This document shows, piece by piece, positions 23,312-33,532 of a stretch of 40,246 nucleotides of DNA. Source of the DNA: Desulfonema limicola (lineage in GTDB: Bacteria > Desulfobacterota > Desulfobacteria > Desulfobacterales > DYRC01); assembly GCA_020718925.1 (NCBI GenBank), contig DYRC01000003.1, forward strand, positions 1 to 40,246. The letters are read 5' to 3'. Under the pieces are notes generated by a model. The model saw only the letters and a program-made list of their open reading frames with translations. It searched no databases and was not told where the DNA came from. The translations under genes were made by a program, and so were the position numbers. Numbering within the stretch: position 1 is the stretch's first letter; each line of letters opens with the position of its first letter.

Positions 23312-25720
23312 TCAGTTCAGAGGAACTCTCGACTCAATCCGCTCTTCTTTTATCGAAAGTATCTCTGCCGGCATGTCATTTTTCTGAAACAGGCTTTGGT
23401 CTTTTTCCACAATCAGCGCGTAGGACAACACTTCGTCCATGTGTTCCACCATCGTAATTTCAATCTGCTTTGAAATCATGACCGGAATATCTTTCAAATC
23501 CTTCTCATTTTCTTTGGGAATGAGAACTTTTTTGATTCCGCCCCGATGCGCGGCTAAAATTTTCTCTTTCAACCCCCCAATAGGTAAAACCCTGCCTCTG
23601 AGCGTAATTTCGCCGGTCATGGCAATATCCCGGCGCACCGGTCTTTTGCTGATGGCAGATACAATGGAGGTACACATGGTGATTCCCGCAGATGGACCGT
23701 CTTTAGGAATCGCGCCTTCCGGAACATGGATGTGAATGTCATATTCTTTATGAAAATCCCTGTCAATTTTGAGCGCGTCAGAGCGGGATCGGACATAGCT
23801 CACCGCAGCCTGCGCGGATTCTTTCATCACCTCGCCCAATTTGCCGGTAACCATCAGCGTTCCCTTGCCGGGCATAATCAGCGTTTCAATGCTCAACAAC
23901 TCTCCGCCGACCTGAGTCCACGCCAGCCCGGTAACCAGCCCAATCTGATCTTTTTGCTCAATCTGCCCATGCCTGAACTGAATCGGTCCCAGATGCTTCT
24001 GCGCTGTTTTCTCACTAATCGGAAAAGGTTTCGGCGTACCTTTTTGCCTGTCTTTCAAAGCTTCCCGCGCCACCTTCCGGCATATTGAAGAAATTTCGCG
24101 CTCCAAGTTTCTCACGCCGGCTTCGCGGGTATAATTTTGAATGACCTTATAAATGGAGCCTTTGGAAAACGTGATATTTACGTCCTGAAGCCCGTTCTGC
24201 GTAATCTGCTTAGGAATAAGGAACTTTTTAGCAATGTGATATTTCTCATATTCGGTATAGCCGGACAGACGAATCACTTCCATTCTGTCCTGTAACGGAA
24301 GCGGAATATCCAGAGTGTTAGCAGTGGTAATGAACAAAATATCACTCAGATCATAATCCATGTCCATATAGTGATCATTGAATGCGATATTCTGCTCAGG
24401 ATCAAGCACTTCTAAGAGCGCGGCAGACGGATCGCCTCTGAAATCCATGCTCATCTTATCCACTTCATCCAAACAGAACACCGGATTATTCACACCTGCT
24501 TTTTTCAAGGATTGAATAATCTTGCCCGGCATAGCGCCGATATAAGTGCGCCGATGTCCCCGGATTTCCGCCTCATCCCGAACTCCGCCCAGAGAAATCC
24601 GCACGAATTTTCTGCCCGTAGCTCTCGCTACAGATTTGGCAATAGAAGTTTTGCCCACACCCGGCGGACCTACCAGACACAGAATCGGTCCCCGCACTTT
24701 TTTGGTCAATCCCTGAACTGCCAGATATTCCAGAATCCGCTCTTTAGGTTTTTCCAATCCGTAATGGTCTTCGTTAAGAATTTTTTCAGCAATTTCAATA
24801 TCATCATGAACCTTGCTTTTTTCAAACCACGGCAGGGTGATGATCCAGTCAATATAATTGCGGACAACGGTTGACTCTGCGGACATAGGCGGCATCAGTT
24901 TGAGTTTTTTCATCTCATGGTGAACTTTGTGAACCGCCTCTTTTGACATGCGCTTGCGCCGAATGCGTTTTTCAAGTTCTTTGTTCTCGTCAACGCTTTC
25001 TTCCTCTGCCCCCATTTCCTTTTTGATCGCCCGGATCTGCTCAGACAGATAATAATTTTTCTGCGCCTTATCCATCTGCTCTTTGACCCGGACTTTGACG
25101 CGCTGATCCACCTGAAACACTTCGATTTCCATACGGATCATGCTGACAAGTTCCGTCAGCCGTTCCGCCGGAGATAAGGTTTCAAGCAATCGCTGCTTGT
25201 CTTCAAGCTTGAATCCGAAATGCGCGCACACCGCATCTGACAATTGCGATGGATTTGACATCGCAGTCAGGTTGTTCATCAGTTCTTTGGACAGATTTTT
25301 GTTGACTTTTGCATATTCTTCCAGTGCTTCCAACACGGATCGGGATATGGCGATGGACTCTGACGGCAATGTTTCAGGTTCCCTCAGCAATTCGATTTCC
25401 GCATGAAAGAACTCGCGGTTCGGGATAAATCCGACAATCCTGCCGCGGGCTTTTCCTTCCACCAACGCCTTTACTGTTCCGTCGGGAAGTCTGAGCAGTT
25501 GAAGCACCGTGCCGATAGTACCGACCGCGCTGACATCTTTTTCCTGTGGTTCGTCAACGCCTGCGCTTTTCTGCGTGGCAAGAAAAACATGCTTATCGTT
25601 ATTCATGGCGGTTGCAAGCGCCTTGACCGATCTCGGACGCCCGACAAACAGCGGCGCTACCATGTGAGGAAAAACAACAATGTCCCTGAGCGGCAGCAAG
25701 GGCAGGGTAAAGCGTGCCAT
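23312..25720 (-). CDS. lon: ATP-dependent Lon protease.
   Basis: LON N-domain ([15 protein letters not shown]), Walker [10 protein letters not shown], and protease-domain PKDGPSAG with the catalytic Ser. Confidence 0.97.
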   Translation of the reverse strand: MARFTLPLLPLRDIVVFPHMVAPLFVGRPRSVKALATAMNNDKHVFLATQKSAGVDEPQEKDVSAVGTIGTVLQLLRLPDGTVKALVEGKARGRIVGFIPNREFFHAEIELLREPETLPSESIAISRSVLEALEEYAKVNKNLSKELMNNLTAMSNPSQLSDAVCAHFGFKLEDKQRLLETLSPAERLTELVSMIRMEIEVFQVDQRVKVRVKEQMDKAQKNYYLSEQIRAIKKEMGAEEESVDENKELEKRIRRKRMSKEAVHKVHHEMKKLKLMPPMSAESTVVRNYIDWIITLPWFEKSKVHDDIEIAEKILNEDHYGLEKPKERILEYLAVQGLTKKVRGPILCLVGPPGVGKTSIAKSVARATGRKFVRISLGGVRDEAEIRGHRRTYIGAMPGKIIQSLKKAGVNNPVFCLDEVDKMSMDFRGDPSAALLEVLDPEQNIAFNDHYMDMDYDLSDILFITTANTLDIPLPLQDRMEVIRLSGYTEYEKYHIAKKFLIPKQITQNGLQDVNITFSKGSIYKVIQNYTREAGVRNLEREISSICRKVAREALKDRQKGTPKPFPISEKTAQKHLGPIQFRHGQIEQKDQIGLVTGLAWTQVGGELLSIETLIMPGKGTLMVTGKLGEVMKESAQAAVSYVRSRSDALKIDRDFHKEYDIHIHVPEGAIPKDGPSAGITMCTSIVSAISKRPVRRDIAMTGEITLRGRVLPIGGLKEKILAAHRGGIKKVLIPKENEKDLKDIPVMISKQIEITMVEHMDEVLSYALIVEKDQSLFQKNDMPAEILSIKEERIESRVPLN

Positions 25721-25732
25721 TATCTCAATCCT

Positions 25733-26983
25733 TTATGCTTGCTTTTTAACTTGTTCATATAACAGAATCGGCTCTTCTTTGTTCACAATCACATCTTCGC
25801 CGATAACACATTCTTTCACATTTTCCAAAGAAGGAAGATCATACATAATATCAAGCATGGCGGTTTCCAACACCGCCCGCAGTCCTCTTGCACCGGATTT
25901 GCGCTTCAACGCCTCTTTGGCAGCAGCTAAGAGCGCGCTGTCCGTAAATCTCAGATTCACGCCTTCCATTTCAAAAAGCCGCTGAAACTGCTTGACCAAG
26001 GCGTTTTTGGGTTCTTTCAGAATGCGGATCAGCGTTGATTCGGTCAGTTCATCCAAGGTGGCAACCACCGGCAGACGCCCCAGAAATTCGGGAATCAGAC
26101 CGAATCGGATAAGGTCTTCGGGCTGAACCTGTCTTAAAATTTCACCCATTGTTTTTTCTTCAGGCTTGATCACCTTTGCGCCAAAGCCCATGACCTTATC
26201 CCCCAGACGGCGCTGAATGATTTTATCCAGATGGTTGAAGGTTCCGCCGCAGATAAACAGAATATTGCTGGTGTCCACCTTGATAAAATCCTGCTGGGGA
26301 TGCTTTCTGCCGCCTTTGGGCGGGACGCTTGCATGAGTTCCTTCAATGATTTTCAGCAAAGCCTGCTGAACGCCTTCGCCGGACACATCGCGGGTAATGG
26401 AGGGATTATCGCCTCTTGAGGCAATCTTGTCAATTTCATCAATATAGACAATGCCCCGCTGCGCCTTTTCAGCATCATAATCCGCGTTCTGAAGCAATGC
26501 CAGAATGATATTTTCCACATCCTCGCCCACATAACCGGCTTCGGTCAGCGTGGTGGCGTCAGCAATGGTGAACGGCACATTGAGAAACCGCGCAAGGGTC
26601 TGGGCAAGCAGCGTTTTTCCCGATCCCGTAGGACCGATGAGCAGAATATTGCTTTTCTGAAGTTCCACGCCTGCCGGAGAGGTGTTGAGTTTGGAATCCA
26701 ACCGCTTGTAATGATTATACACGGCTACGGAAAGCACTTTTTTGGCATATTCCTGCTCGATCACATAATCATCGAGCATTGTCTTGATTTCTCTGGGAAT
26801 AATGTTGACTTCCGCACCGGAAGCGTCTTTTCCGTTTTCTTCGGTAATAATCTCGCCGCACAACTGAATGCACTCATCGCAGATATATACCGCAGGACCT
26901 GCAATCAGTTTTTTGACGTCATTCTGGTTTTTGCCGCAGAACGAGCAGTAGAGATTGTCAATTTCATCTTTTTTTTTGGACAT
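25733..26983 (-). CDS. clpX: ATP-dependent Clp protease ATP-binding subunit ClpX.
   Basis: Zinc-finger CSFCGK...CDEC, Walker [15 protein letters not shown]. Confidence 0.97.
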   Translation of the reverse strand: MSKKKDEIDNLYCSFCGKNQNDVKKLIAGPAVYICDECIQLCGEIITEENGKDASGAEVNIIPREIKTMLDDYVIEQEYAKKVLSVAVYNHYKRLDSKLNTSPAGVELQKSNILLIGPTGSGKTLLAQTLARFLNVPFTIADATTLTEAGYVGEDVENIILALLQNADYDAEKAQRGIVYIDEIDKIASRGDNPSITRDVSGEGVQQALLKIIEGTHASVPPKGGRKHPQQDFIKVDTSNILFICGGTFNHLDKIIQRRLGDKVMGFGAKVIKPEEKTMGEILRQVQPEDLIRFGLIPEFLGRLPVVATLDELTESTLIRILKEPKNALVKQFQRLFEMEGVNLRFTDSALLAAAKEALKRKSGARGLRAVLETAMLDIMYDLPSLENVKECVIGEDVIVNKEEPILLYEQVKKQA

Positions 26984-27598
26984 CTAAGCCTCCGCCTGAA
27001 CGATTTTTTCAAGATCGTCGCGGTTTGCCATGACGTGATCCACAAGTCCGTACTGTCTGGCATCTTCGCCGGACATAAAAAAATCACGATCCGTATCTGT
27101 CTGAATCTGCTCCAGACTCTGAGAGGTATGATCCGCCAGAATCTTATTCAGCGACTCTCTCATCCGAAGAATTTCTTTTGCCTGAATCGCAATATCAGAC
27201 GCCTGCCCGTAAGAGCCGCCCATCGGCTGATGAATCATAATCCGGGAATGGGGCAGGGAATAGCGTTTGCCTTTGGTTCCTGCCGCAAGCAATATTGCGC
27301 CCATGCTCGCTGCCTGACCGATGCACAAGGTGGTGATATCCGGCTTGATATACTGCATGGTGTCATATATTGCAAGCCCTGCGGTAACACTGCCGCCCGG
27401 AGAATTGATATATATATTGATGTCTTTTTCCGGATCTTCGGATTCCAGAAACAACAGTTGGGCAATCAGCAGATTTGCAACATAGTCATCTATGGGCGTT
27501 CCCAGAAAAATGATTCTGTCTTTAAGAAGCCGCGAATAAATATCATAGGCACGCTCGCCCCTGCTGCTTTGTTCGATTACAATAGGTATGACCGGCAC
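26984..27598 (-). CDS. clpP: ATP-dependent Clp protease proteolytic subunit ClpP.
   Basis: [27 protein letters not shown] and the catalytic context GQAASMG. Confidence 0.97.
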   Translation of the reverse strand: MPVIPIVIEQSSRGERAYDIYSRLLKDRIIFLGTPIDDYVANLLIAQLLFLESEDPEKDINIYINSPGGSVTAGLAIYDTMQYIKPDITTLCIGQAASMGAILLAAGTKGKRYSLPHSRIMIHQPMGGSYGQASDIAIQAKEILRMRESLNKILADHTSQSLEQIQTDTDRDFFMSGEDARQYGLVDHVMANRDDLEKIVQAEA

Positions 27599-27609
27599 AG
27601 TTCTTCTCC

Positions 27610-28929
27610 TTATTCCTGCTTTTCTTCATTGGCATCGGGCTTAAATTCGTCAATTTTTCCATGCTCGATGATTAGTCTGATAGCGCGTTTTTCAAGCAGC
27701 GTATGTTTGAGATATTCGAGTTTATCTTTGTTTTCCCGATAATAATCCCGAATATGATCCACCGGCTGCCCGAAGGTCTGCGCCATATCCTGATAAGCGA
27801 CCTGCATCTCTTCATCTGACAACTCAAATTTTTCCTGCTCAATGATTTTTGAGAGAATCAGATGTCGTTTCACCTGTTTTACAGCAAGATCATGATATTT
27901 TTCACTCAGATGCTCCCGCGTCAAGCCCAACTGTTCGGCTGAGGTGTTGTGATACTGAAATGTCCCTTCAATCTCCGCCAGAATGCCGTCCAATTCATAG
28001 TTAATCATTACTTCAGGCACTTCAAAACTCTGTCTTTCAATCAGCGTCTGAAAAATCTGCTCCTGAATATCCTGATCTGCCCGCTTTTCATATCGGTGAT
28101 TCAAATCCCTGAGAATATCAGCTTTCAATTCTTCCAAAGTCTGATACTTGCCGAACTGCTTTGCAAAATCATCATCTATTTCAGGAAGAATTTCTTTTCT
28201 GATTTCTTTGAGCGTTACTTTGAAATCAACGGTTTTCCCGGATAATGCGGGATTTTTATACTCATCGGGAAATGTAATCGTGATGTCCTTACATTGTCCG
28301 GGCGTCATCCCGACAACCTGCTCATCAAGCGTCTGGGTGATTGCGCCCACGCCGAGTTTCATGATGTAATTATCGGTTTTCTGAACTTCCGGCAGCATTT
28401 TTCCGTCCTGAAAGCCTTCATAATCTATCATTGCCAGATCGCCATCTGCAATCGGACGCTGCTCGGTTATCGGCTCCTGTTTTGCCAGATTACGCTGAAG
28501 CATTTTAAGCTGAAGCTCAAGTTCTTCATCTTTAACCTGATAAACCGCCTTTTTAAGCGGCAATCCCTTGAAATCAATCTCTTCCAAATCCGGGCTGACT
28601 TCAACGGTCGCGCTGTACGCGTAAGGTTTCTGAGATTCCAATTCCGGAGGATTGATCTGCGGACTGCCGATAACTTTCAAGCCTTTTTCAATAATCGCAT
28701 TGGTAAGAGATTCCTGAATCAGTTTTGAGGATATATCCGCGTTCACATCTTTTTTGAACATCCGCTCCAACACAGAACGAGGCACTTTACCCGGACGAAA
28801 TCCCTTGATTTTGGCGTTCTGTTTCATGTCCGAGTACGCGGTCTCTATTTCGCGCGTAACATCTTGCTCAGGAATTTCAATATGCAGGATTTTTTTTACA
28901 CTGCTGACATCTTCCACACTGACTTGCAT
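27610..28929 (-). CDS. tig: Trigger factor.
   Basis: N-terminal ribosome-binding GFRPGKVP motif. Position upstream of clpP-clpX-lon. Confidence 0.95.
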   Translation of the reverse strand: MQVSVEDVSSVKKILHIEIPEQDVTREIETAYSDMKQNAKIKGFRPGKVPRSVLERMFKKDVNADISSKLIQESLTNAIIEKGLKVIGSPQINPPELESQKPYAYSATVEVSPDLEEIDFKGLPLKKAVYQVKDEELELQLKMLQRNLAKQEPITEQRPIADGDLAMIDYEGFQDGKMLPEVQKTDNYIMKLGVGAITQTLDEQVVGMTPGQCKDITITFPDEYKNPALSGKTVDFKVTLKEIRKEILPEIDDDFAKQFGKYQTLEELKADILRDLNHRYEKRADQDIQEQIFQTLIERQSFEVPEVMINYELDGILAEIEGTFQYHNTSAEQLGLTREHLSEKYHDLAVKQVKRHLILSKIIEQEKFELSDEEMQVAYQDMAQTFGQPVDHIRDYYRENKDKLEYLKHTLLEKRAIRLIIEHGKIDEFKPDANEEKQE

Positions 28930-28953
28930 TGAGGGTCCTTTCTGAATAAATCA

Positions 28954-28985
28954 GATGCCTGAAGCTGCTCTTATCTTCAGGCATC
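28954..28985 (-). terminator. Stable hairpin between tRNA-Leu and tig: a partial terminator or processing site.
   Basis: gatgcctgaag (28954-28964) pairs with cttcaggcatc (28975-28985), giving an 11-bp perfect stem and 10-nt loop. On the minus strand it is followed by ctgatttattc, a weak U-tract. Confidence 0.45.
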
Positions 28986-28998
28986 ATGGTGATTCTGG

Positions 28999-29085
28999 TG
29001 GTGCGAAAGGGGAGACTTGAACTCCCATTCCGTCGCCGGAGCCGGATCCTAAGTCCGGTGCGTCTGCCAATTCCGCCACTCTCGC
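28999..29085 (-). tRNA. tRNA-Leu (anticodon TAG), class II with a long variable arm and an encoded CCA.
   Basis: The minus strand reads gcgagagtggcggaattggcagacgcaccggacttaggatccggctccggcgacggaatgggagttcaagtctcccctttcgcacca. The acceptor stem gcgagag pairs with ctttcgc, the anticodon loop is ct-tag-ga, and the T-loop is gttcaagtc. Confidence 0.9.
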
Positions 29086-29302
29086 TGATGAATTTTGTGA
29101 ATAATTCTTAAAATTAATATTAAATTGTAATCATGTCAAGGAATTTTAAAGGGCAGTGTTGAGCAACCTGATTTAAAAGCTTTATCCTGTTAATAACCGC
29201 TTTCTTCTTGACAGTTGAGGGCGGAGTGTCATAAAAGCTGCTTGAATCCTTTTAAGTCCTGTATGGTATGAACTCTGAAAAACATAAGGAACTTTCAAAC
29301 TC

Positions 29303-29791
29303 ATGGAACGAATTGCAATATATCCGGGGTCTTTTGATCCGGTAACCAACGGACATTTGGATATTGTCGAAAGAGGACTCAAAATTTTCGATAAAATCAT
29401 CGTAACCATTCTGCATAATCCGGCAAAAACCACGCTCTTTAATGTGAGTGAGCGGCTGGAGATGCTCAGAACAAGCATTGAGAAATTCCCGAATGCGGAA
29501 ATTGACAGCTTTAACGGGCTGCTGGTGGATTATGTGGTTCAACGCAAGGCGCACGCTATTCTGCGCGGAATGCGGGCAGTATCGGATTTTGAATTTGAAT
29601 TTCAGATGGCACTGATGAACCGCCGACTGAACCGTGAAATTCAGACGGTATTTTTAATGACAGGCTTGCGCTGGATATTTACCAGCTCTTCGATTATCAA
29701 GGAAGCATCCCGCTTCGGAGGCGATATTTCAGATATGGTGCCGCCGATAGTTCACCAGAAACTCAATGAAAAATTCGGATTTACCCGGTAA
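29303..29791 (+). CDS. coaD: Phosphopantetheine adenylyltransferase.
   Basis: IAIYPGSFDPVTNGHLDIVERG and the C-terminal SSSIIKE motif. Confidence 0.95.
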   Translation: MERIAIYPGSFDPVTNGHLDIVERGLKIFDKIIVTILHNPAKTTLFNVSERLEMLRTSIEKFPNAEIDSFNGLLVDYVVQRKAHAILRGMRAVSDFEFEFQMALMNRRLNREIQTVFLMTGLRWIFTSSSIIKEASRFGGDISDMVPPIVHQKLNEKFGFTR

Positions 29792-29798
29792 TATCATT

Positions 29799-30710
29799 AT
29801 GGATTTATGGCAGTTACACATATTCTGCAAAGTGGTTGAACTCAGAAGCTTCTCAAAAGCGGCAAAAGCCGTCCGCTTGTCTCAGCCGACGGTCAGCACA
29901 CATATTCAGGAATTGGAAGCACATTTCAAAACCCGCCTGATTGACCGCTCATCACGAGAAGCGCATACCACAAAAGCAGGTCAGATTCTGTATGCGTATG
30001 CCCGCAAGATACTTGCTTTGCGCGATGAAACAGAAACAGCGGTCGCCGAATTTCAGGGAGAAATCCGGGGACGCCTGATTATCGGCGGCAGCACGATTCC
30101 GGGCGCGTATCTTCTGCCCCGCATGATCAGCCAATTTATCAGAGAATATCCCGATGTAACCATTTCTTTATATATCGGAGACACGGAAAAAATCATCAAT
30201 GATATTATTTCCGGCGTATCGGAATTGGGCGTGGTGGGCGCTAAAACCGGCGATAGAAAAGTTGTTCAGGAAATGCTTGCAGATGATGAACTGCGGCTGG
30301 TGGTATGGGCGGATCATCCCTGGGCATCAGAAGAATCTGTCAGTTCGGAAATGCTGATGACAGCGCCGTTTATTATGAGAGAACAAGGCTCAGGTACGCT
30401 CAAATCGCTTAAAGAAAGTATTCGCAGCGCGGGCTATGATATGGATGATTTTAAGATTGTGGCTGAAATGGGCAGCACTGAGGCGGTGGTTCAGGGAATC
30501 AAAGCCCGGTTAGGCGTGTCCATTCTTTCCGTCATTGCGGTATCCGAAGAAATAGCCTCCGGCGCATTAAAAGCCATCTCAATTAAAGGCTTGAATCTCA
30601 AACGAAGTTTTTATCTGACAACTCCCAAACAGCGAAGTCCGTCTCCGCTGGCTGAGGCGTTTATCAGCTTTATCCGCAGAAAACTCACTCATGCGTCTTT
30701 TTTGCCATAA
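29799..30710 (+). CDS. LysR-family transcriptional regulator.
   Basis: HTH region MDLWQLHIFCKVVELRSFSKAAKAVRLSQPTVSTHIQELE plus a LysR substrate-binding domain. Start moved to the ATG at 29799, avoiding overlap with coaD. Confidence 0.9.
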   Translation: MDLWQLHIFCKVVELRSFSKAAKAVRLSQPTVSTHIQELEAHFKTRLIDRSSREAHTTKAGQILYAYARKILALRDETETAVAEFQGEIRGRLIIGGSTIPGAYLLPRMISQFIREYPDVTISLYIGDTEKIINDIISGVSELGVVGAKTGDRKVVQEMLADDELRLVVWADHPWASEESVSSEMLMTAPFIMREQGSGTLKSLKESIRSAGYDMDDFKIVAEMGSTEAVVQGIKARLGVSILSVIAVSEEIASGALKAISIKGLNLKRSFYLTTPKQRSPSPLAEAFISFIRRKLTHASFLP

Positions 30711-31380
30711 TATCAGCTTCAGATACCCGAATGCTGAAAATGATGTGTTCAGAAATCTTTCCTATCAGATTTCAGAGCCGGGATTCAACGCGCTTTTCGG
30801 ACCTTCGGGCGTGGGGAAAACCTCGTTTGCCCGAATCATCTCCGGAGAAATCAAAAACTTTTCAGGAGAAATCAGCAGCCAAGGCATTGCCCGCATTGCA
30901 TATTCTTACAATCTTGAACGCCTGCCGGGCTGGTCCGGCGTAGGAACGCACATAGAGCAAAATATTCCGCCCGCTCAGAAACGCTTAAAAGACGAGCTGA
31001 TTAACGTATTCGGGCTTGAAAACTGCATTCACCTCCGATTTTCTCAGTTGTCTATGGGACAGAAAAACCGCGTCAATCTGCTTCGCTATCTGCTTGAAGG
31101 CTTTGATCTGCTGATTATGGATGAAAGCCTTGCCAATGTGGATGAGCAGACCAGAGAAACCATTATTCTCAAAATCAAAGAAATCTTTCCTGAAACGCTG
31201 TTTTTATATATTTCGCACAACGTGATCGAAGTCTCGAAATTCTGCAAAGACATTCTGGTCTTCCGGGGGCATGAAAAAAGCCCGCTTATGGTTCGGGGAC
31301 AAAATCTGAGAGCCGGACAAGCCTTAAATCAATCCGTGCTGGATAAAACCATGCTGGAGATTATGAATGCTTCTGTTTAG
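30691..31380 (+). CDS. ABC transporter ATP-binding protein (nitrate/sulfonate/taurine-type family).
   Basis: Walker A GPSGVGKTS, signature LSMGQKNR, Walker B LLIMDE. Confidence 0.85.
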   Translation: MRLFCHNISFRYPNAENDVFRNLSYQISEPGFNALFGPSGVGKTSFARIISGEIKNFSGEISSQGIARIAYSYNLERLPGWSGVGTHIEQNIPPAQKRLKDELINVFGLENCIHLRFSQLSMGQKNRVNLLRYLLEGFDLLIMDESLANVDEQTRETIILKIKEIFPETLFLYISHNVIEVSKFCKDILVFRGHEKSPLMVRGQNLRAGQALNQSVLDKTMLEIMNASV

Positions 31381-32113
31381 ACGGATATATCAGTTTCTCA
31401 TTATCTACGCTTTGGGAATTGCCTTTTTACTTCTGCTCAAATACGGGCTGAGGCTATCCGATTACGTGATTCCTGGTCCCATAGAGATTTGGCGGATATT
31501 CGGCGAAGTATTCAGAAACTATTTCGGCGATGTGATGAATACGCTTTCGGTCTCTGTTATCGGACAGATTGCGTCAATCTGCATGGCATTTTTTGTGGGA
31601 ATTTTGGGGCGGCAGACCTCGTGGTTCGGCTCGTTTGTCAAAGTGGCGGCTTATAATATTCAGGCATATCCGATTGTTGCGATTGCGCCGATAATCTTTA
31701 TCCTGCTCGGAGACGGATTTGTCTCCCGGCTTCTGATTGCCGCCATGATTTGTTATTTTCCGCTGCTCTTATCCGTGCTGGGCATTATGTCAGAACCGAT
31801 TGATGATATTGAACATTTTTACCGAGTTACCGGGCGGATGCGCTGGCAGCTTGAAATCAGAATCCGGGCGTATGAAAACTTAAGCAAGCTGACTACGGTG
31901 ATTTCAGGCAGCGCAACGCTGGCAATGGCAGGCACAATTGTTGCCGAATTTATTGCAGCAAATGAAGGAATCGGGTATAGTATCCGGGTCGCGTTGTATC
32001 AGAGCGATTTATCAAAAGTTTTAGCCGCGCTGTTTTTAATCGGAATCACATTGTCCGTGTATCAGGGGCTTTTGGAACTGATCGGGCATTATATCAAAGA
32101 AAAATTGAAATAA
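31367..32113 (+). CDS. ABC transporter permease.
   Basis: Six predicted TM segments. Overlaps the ATPase gene by 14 nt. EAA-like region. Confidence 0.8.
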   Translation: MLLFRRIYQFLIIYALGIAFLLLLKYGLRLSDYVIPGPIEIWRIFGEVFRNYFGDVMNTLSVSVIGQIASICMAFFVGILGRQTSWFGSFVKVAAYNIQAYPIVAIAPIIFILLGDGFVSRLLIAAMICYFPLLLSVLGIMSEPIDDIEHFYRVTGRMRWQLEIRIRAYENLSKLTTVISGSATLAMAGTIVAEFIAANEGIGYSIRVALYQSDLSKVLAALFLIGITLSVYQGLLELIGHYIKEKLK

Positions 32114-32117
32114 AACT

Positions 32118-33347
32118 ATGACGGACGCCTCACAGAAAATATATACGATTTCACAGCTTAGTGCTGATATTAAGGAAATTTTGGAAAACCGATTCCCGTT
32201 TATCTGGGTCTGCGGCGAGATTTCCAATTTCCGCATTCCGGCATCCGGACATTTTTATTTCACCTTGAAAGATGAATTATCGCAAATCAGCGCGATGATG
32301 TTCCGGGGGCAGAACCGCAGCCTGAAATTCATGCCTGAAGACGGCATGACGGTGACGGGGCTGGGCAGACTCAGTCTGTATGAACCCAGAGGCACATATC
32401 AGGTTATTTTTGAATATTTGGAACCCAAAGGACTTGGCGCGCTGCAAGCCTCTTTTGAGCAACTGAAAGCCCGCCTGAGTGCCGAAGGTCTGTTTGATGA
32501 AGAACATAAAAAGCCGATTCCGTTTCTGCCCAAAAAGATTGCTGTGATTACATCTCCTACCGGCGCAGTGATTCACGACATCATCAATATTGTCAGCCGC
32601 CGCTTTGCCAATGTGCATATTGAAATATTTCCGGTCAGAGTTCAGGGAGAAGGCGCGGCGCAGGAGATTGTCTCAGCAATTCAATTGATGAATCTTCGGG
32701 CAGATGCGGATGTGGCGATTTTAGCCAGAGGCGGCGGGTCTTTGGAAGATTTGAGCGCGTTCAATACGGAAATGGTGTCCAGAGCCATCTTTGCTTCAAA
32801 AATTCCCATGATTTCAGCGGTGGGGCATGAAACAGATTTTACCATTGCAGATTTTGCGGCAGATATGCGCGCGCCGACACCTTCGGCTGCCGCAGAGCTT
32901 GTGGTGCCGCTTAAAGATGAACTGAAGCGCAGAATTTCGGAACTTGAGAGCGCGTTGAAACATCGGATTTACGCTCAGATTGAACGCTATCGCCATATAT
33001 TGAGCGATATGTCAAAACGGCTGATTCATCCCAAAAAGAATATTCAGATGCTGCGCCTCAAGCTTGATGAGATTACAGAACGGCTGATTTTTCAGATGAA
33101 CAAAGAACTTCAGCAGCAGCGCGAGCGATTGTTATGGAAAACTGACAGATTGAACATTTTAAGCGTTTTTACGGTACTATCACGCGGATACGGCATTGTC
33201 CGAACAGTTCCGAAAGCGGTGATTGTCAAAGATTCGGATGCGGTGGAGATTGGCGGGGAAATTGAAATTCTGCTTGAAAAGGGCGCACTGCGGTGCAGGG
33301 TGGAAGGAAAATCATCATGGCAAAACAAACTTATGAAAAAGCCTTGA
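32118..33347 (+). CDS. xseA: Exodeoxyribonuclease VII large subunit.
   Basis: OB-fold N-terminus (YTISQLSADIKEILENRFPFIWVCGEISNF), the catalytic region, and a C-terminal coiled coil. Confidence 0.93.
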   Translation: MTDASQKIYTISQLSADIKEILENRFPFIWVCGEISNFRIPASGHFYFTLKDELSQISAMMFRGQNRSLKFMPEDGMTVTGLGRLSLYEPRGTYQVIFEYLEPKGLGALQASFEQLKARLSAEGLFDEEHKKPIPFLPKKIAVITSPTGAVIHDIINIVSRRFANVHIEIFPVRVQGEGAAQEIVSAIQLMNLRADADVAILARGGGSLEDLSAFNTEMVSRAIFASKIPMISAVGHETDFTIADFAADMRAPTPSAAAELVVPLKDELKRRISELESALKHRIYAQIERYRHILSDMSKRLIHPKKNIQMLRLKLDEITERLIFQMNKELQQQRERLLWKTDRLNILSVFTVLSRGYGIVRTVPKAVIVKDSDAVEIGGEIEILLEKGALRCRVEGKSSWQNKLMKKP

Positions 33348-33532
33348 AAAATTTGGAAGATATTGTCAAAGAAATTGAATCCGGAGATTTGCCGCTTGAG
33401 CAGGCGATCAGAAAATTTGAAGAAGGCATCCGGCTTTCCAAGTTCTGCTCTCAGCTTTTGGATGAGACTGAGCAGAAAATCACGATATTGTTAAAAGATT
33501 CAGACGGGAATATTTCAGAAGAGCAGCGATGA
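33317..33532 (+). CDS. xseB: Exodeoxyribonuclease VII small subunit.
   Basis: MAKQTYEKALKNLEDIVKEIESGDLPLEQAIRKFEEGIRLSKFC is typical of XseB. ATG at 33317 with RBS ggaagga. Confidence 0.9.
   Translation: MAKQTYEKALKNLEDIVKEIESGDLPLEQAIRKFEEGIRLSKFCSQLLDETEQKITILLKDSDGNISEEQR

Noticed and set aside
26711-27742. A 343-aa + strand ORF spanning the clpX-clpP junction.
   Set aside because: It is antisense to two highly conserved genes and has no motifs or RBS. It is a shadow ORF. The same applies to 5339-6058 (opposite the PstS-like gene) and 23726-24088 and 24512-24874 (opposite lon).
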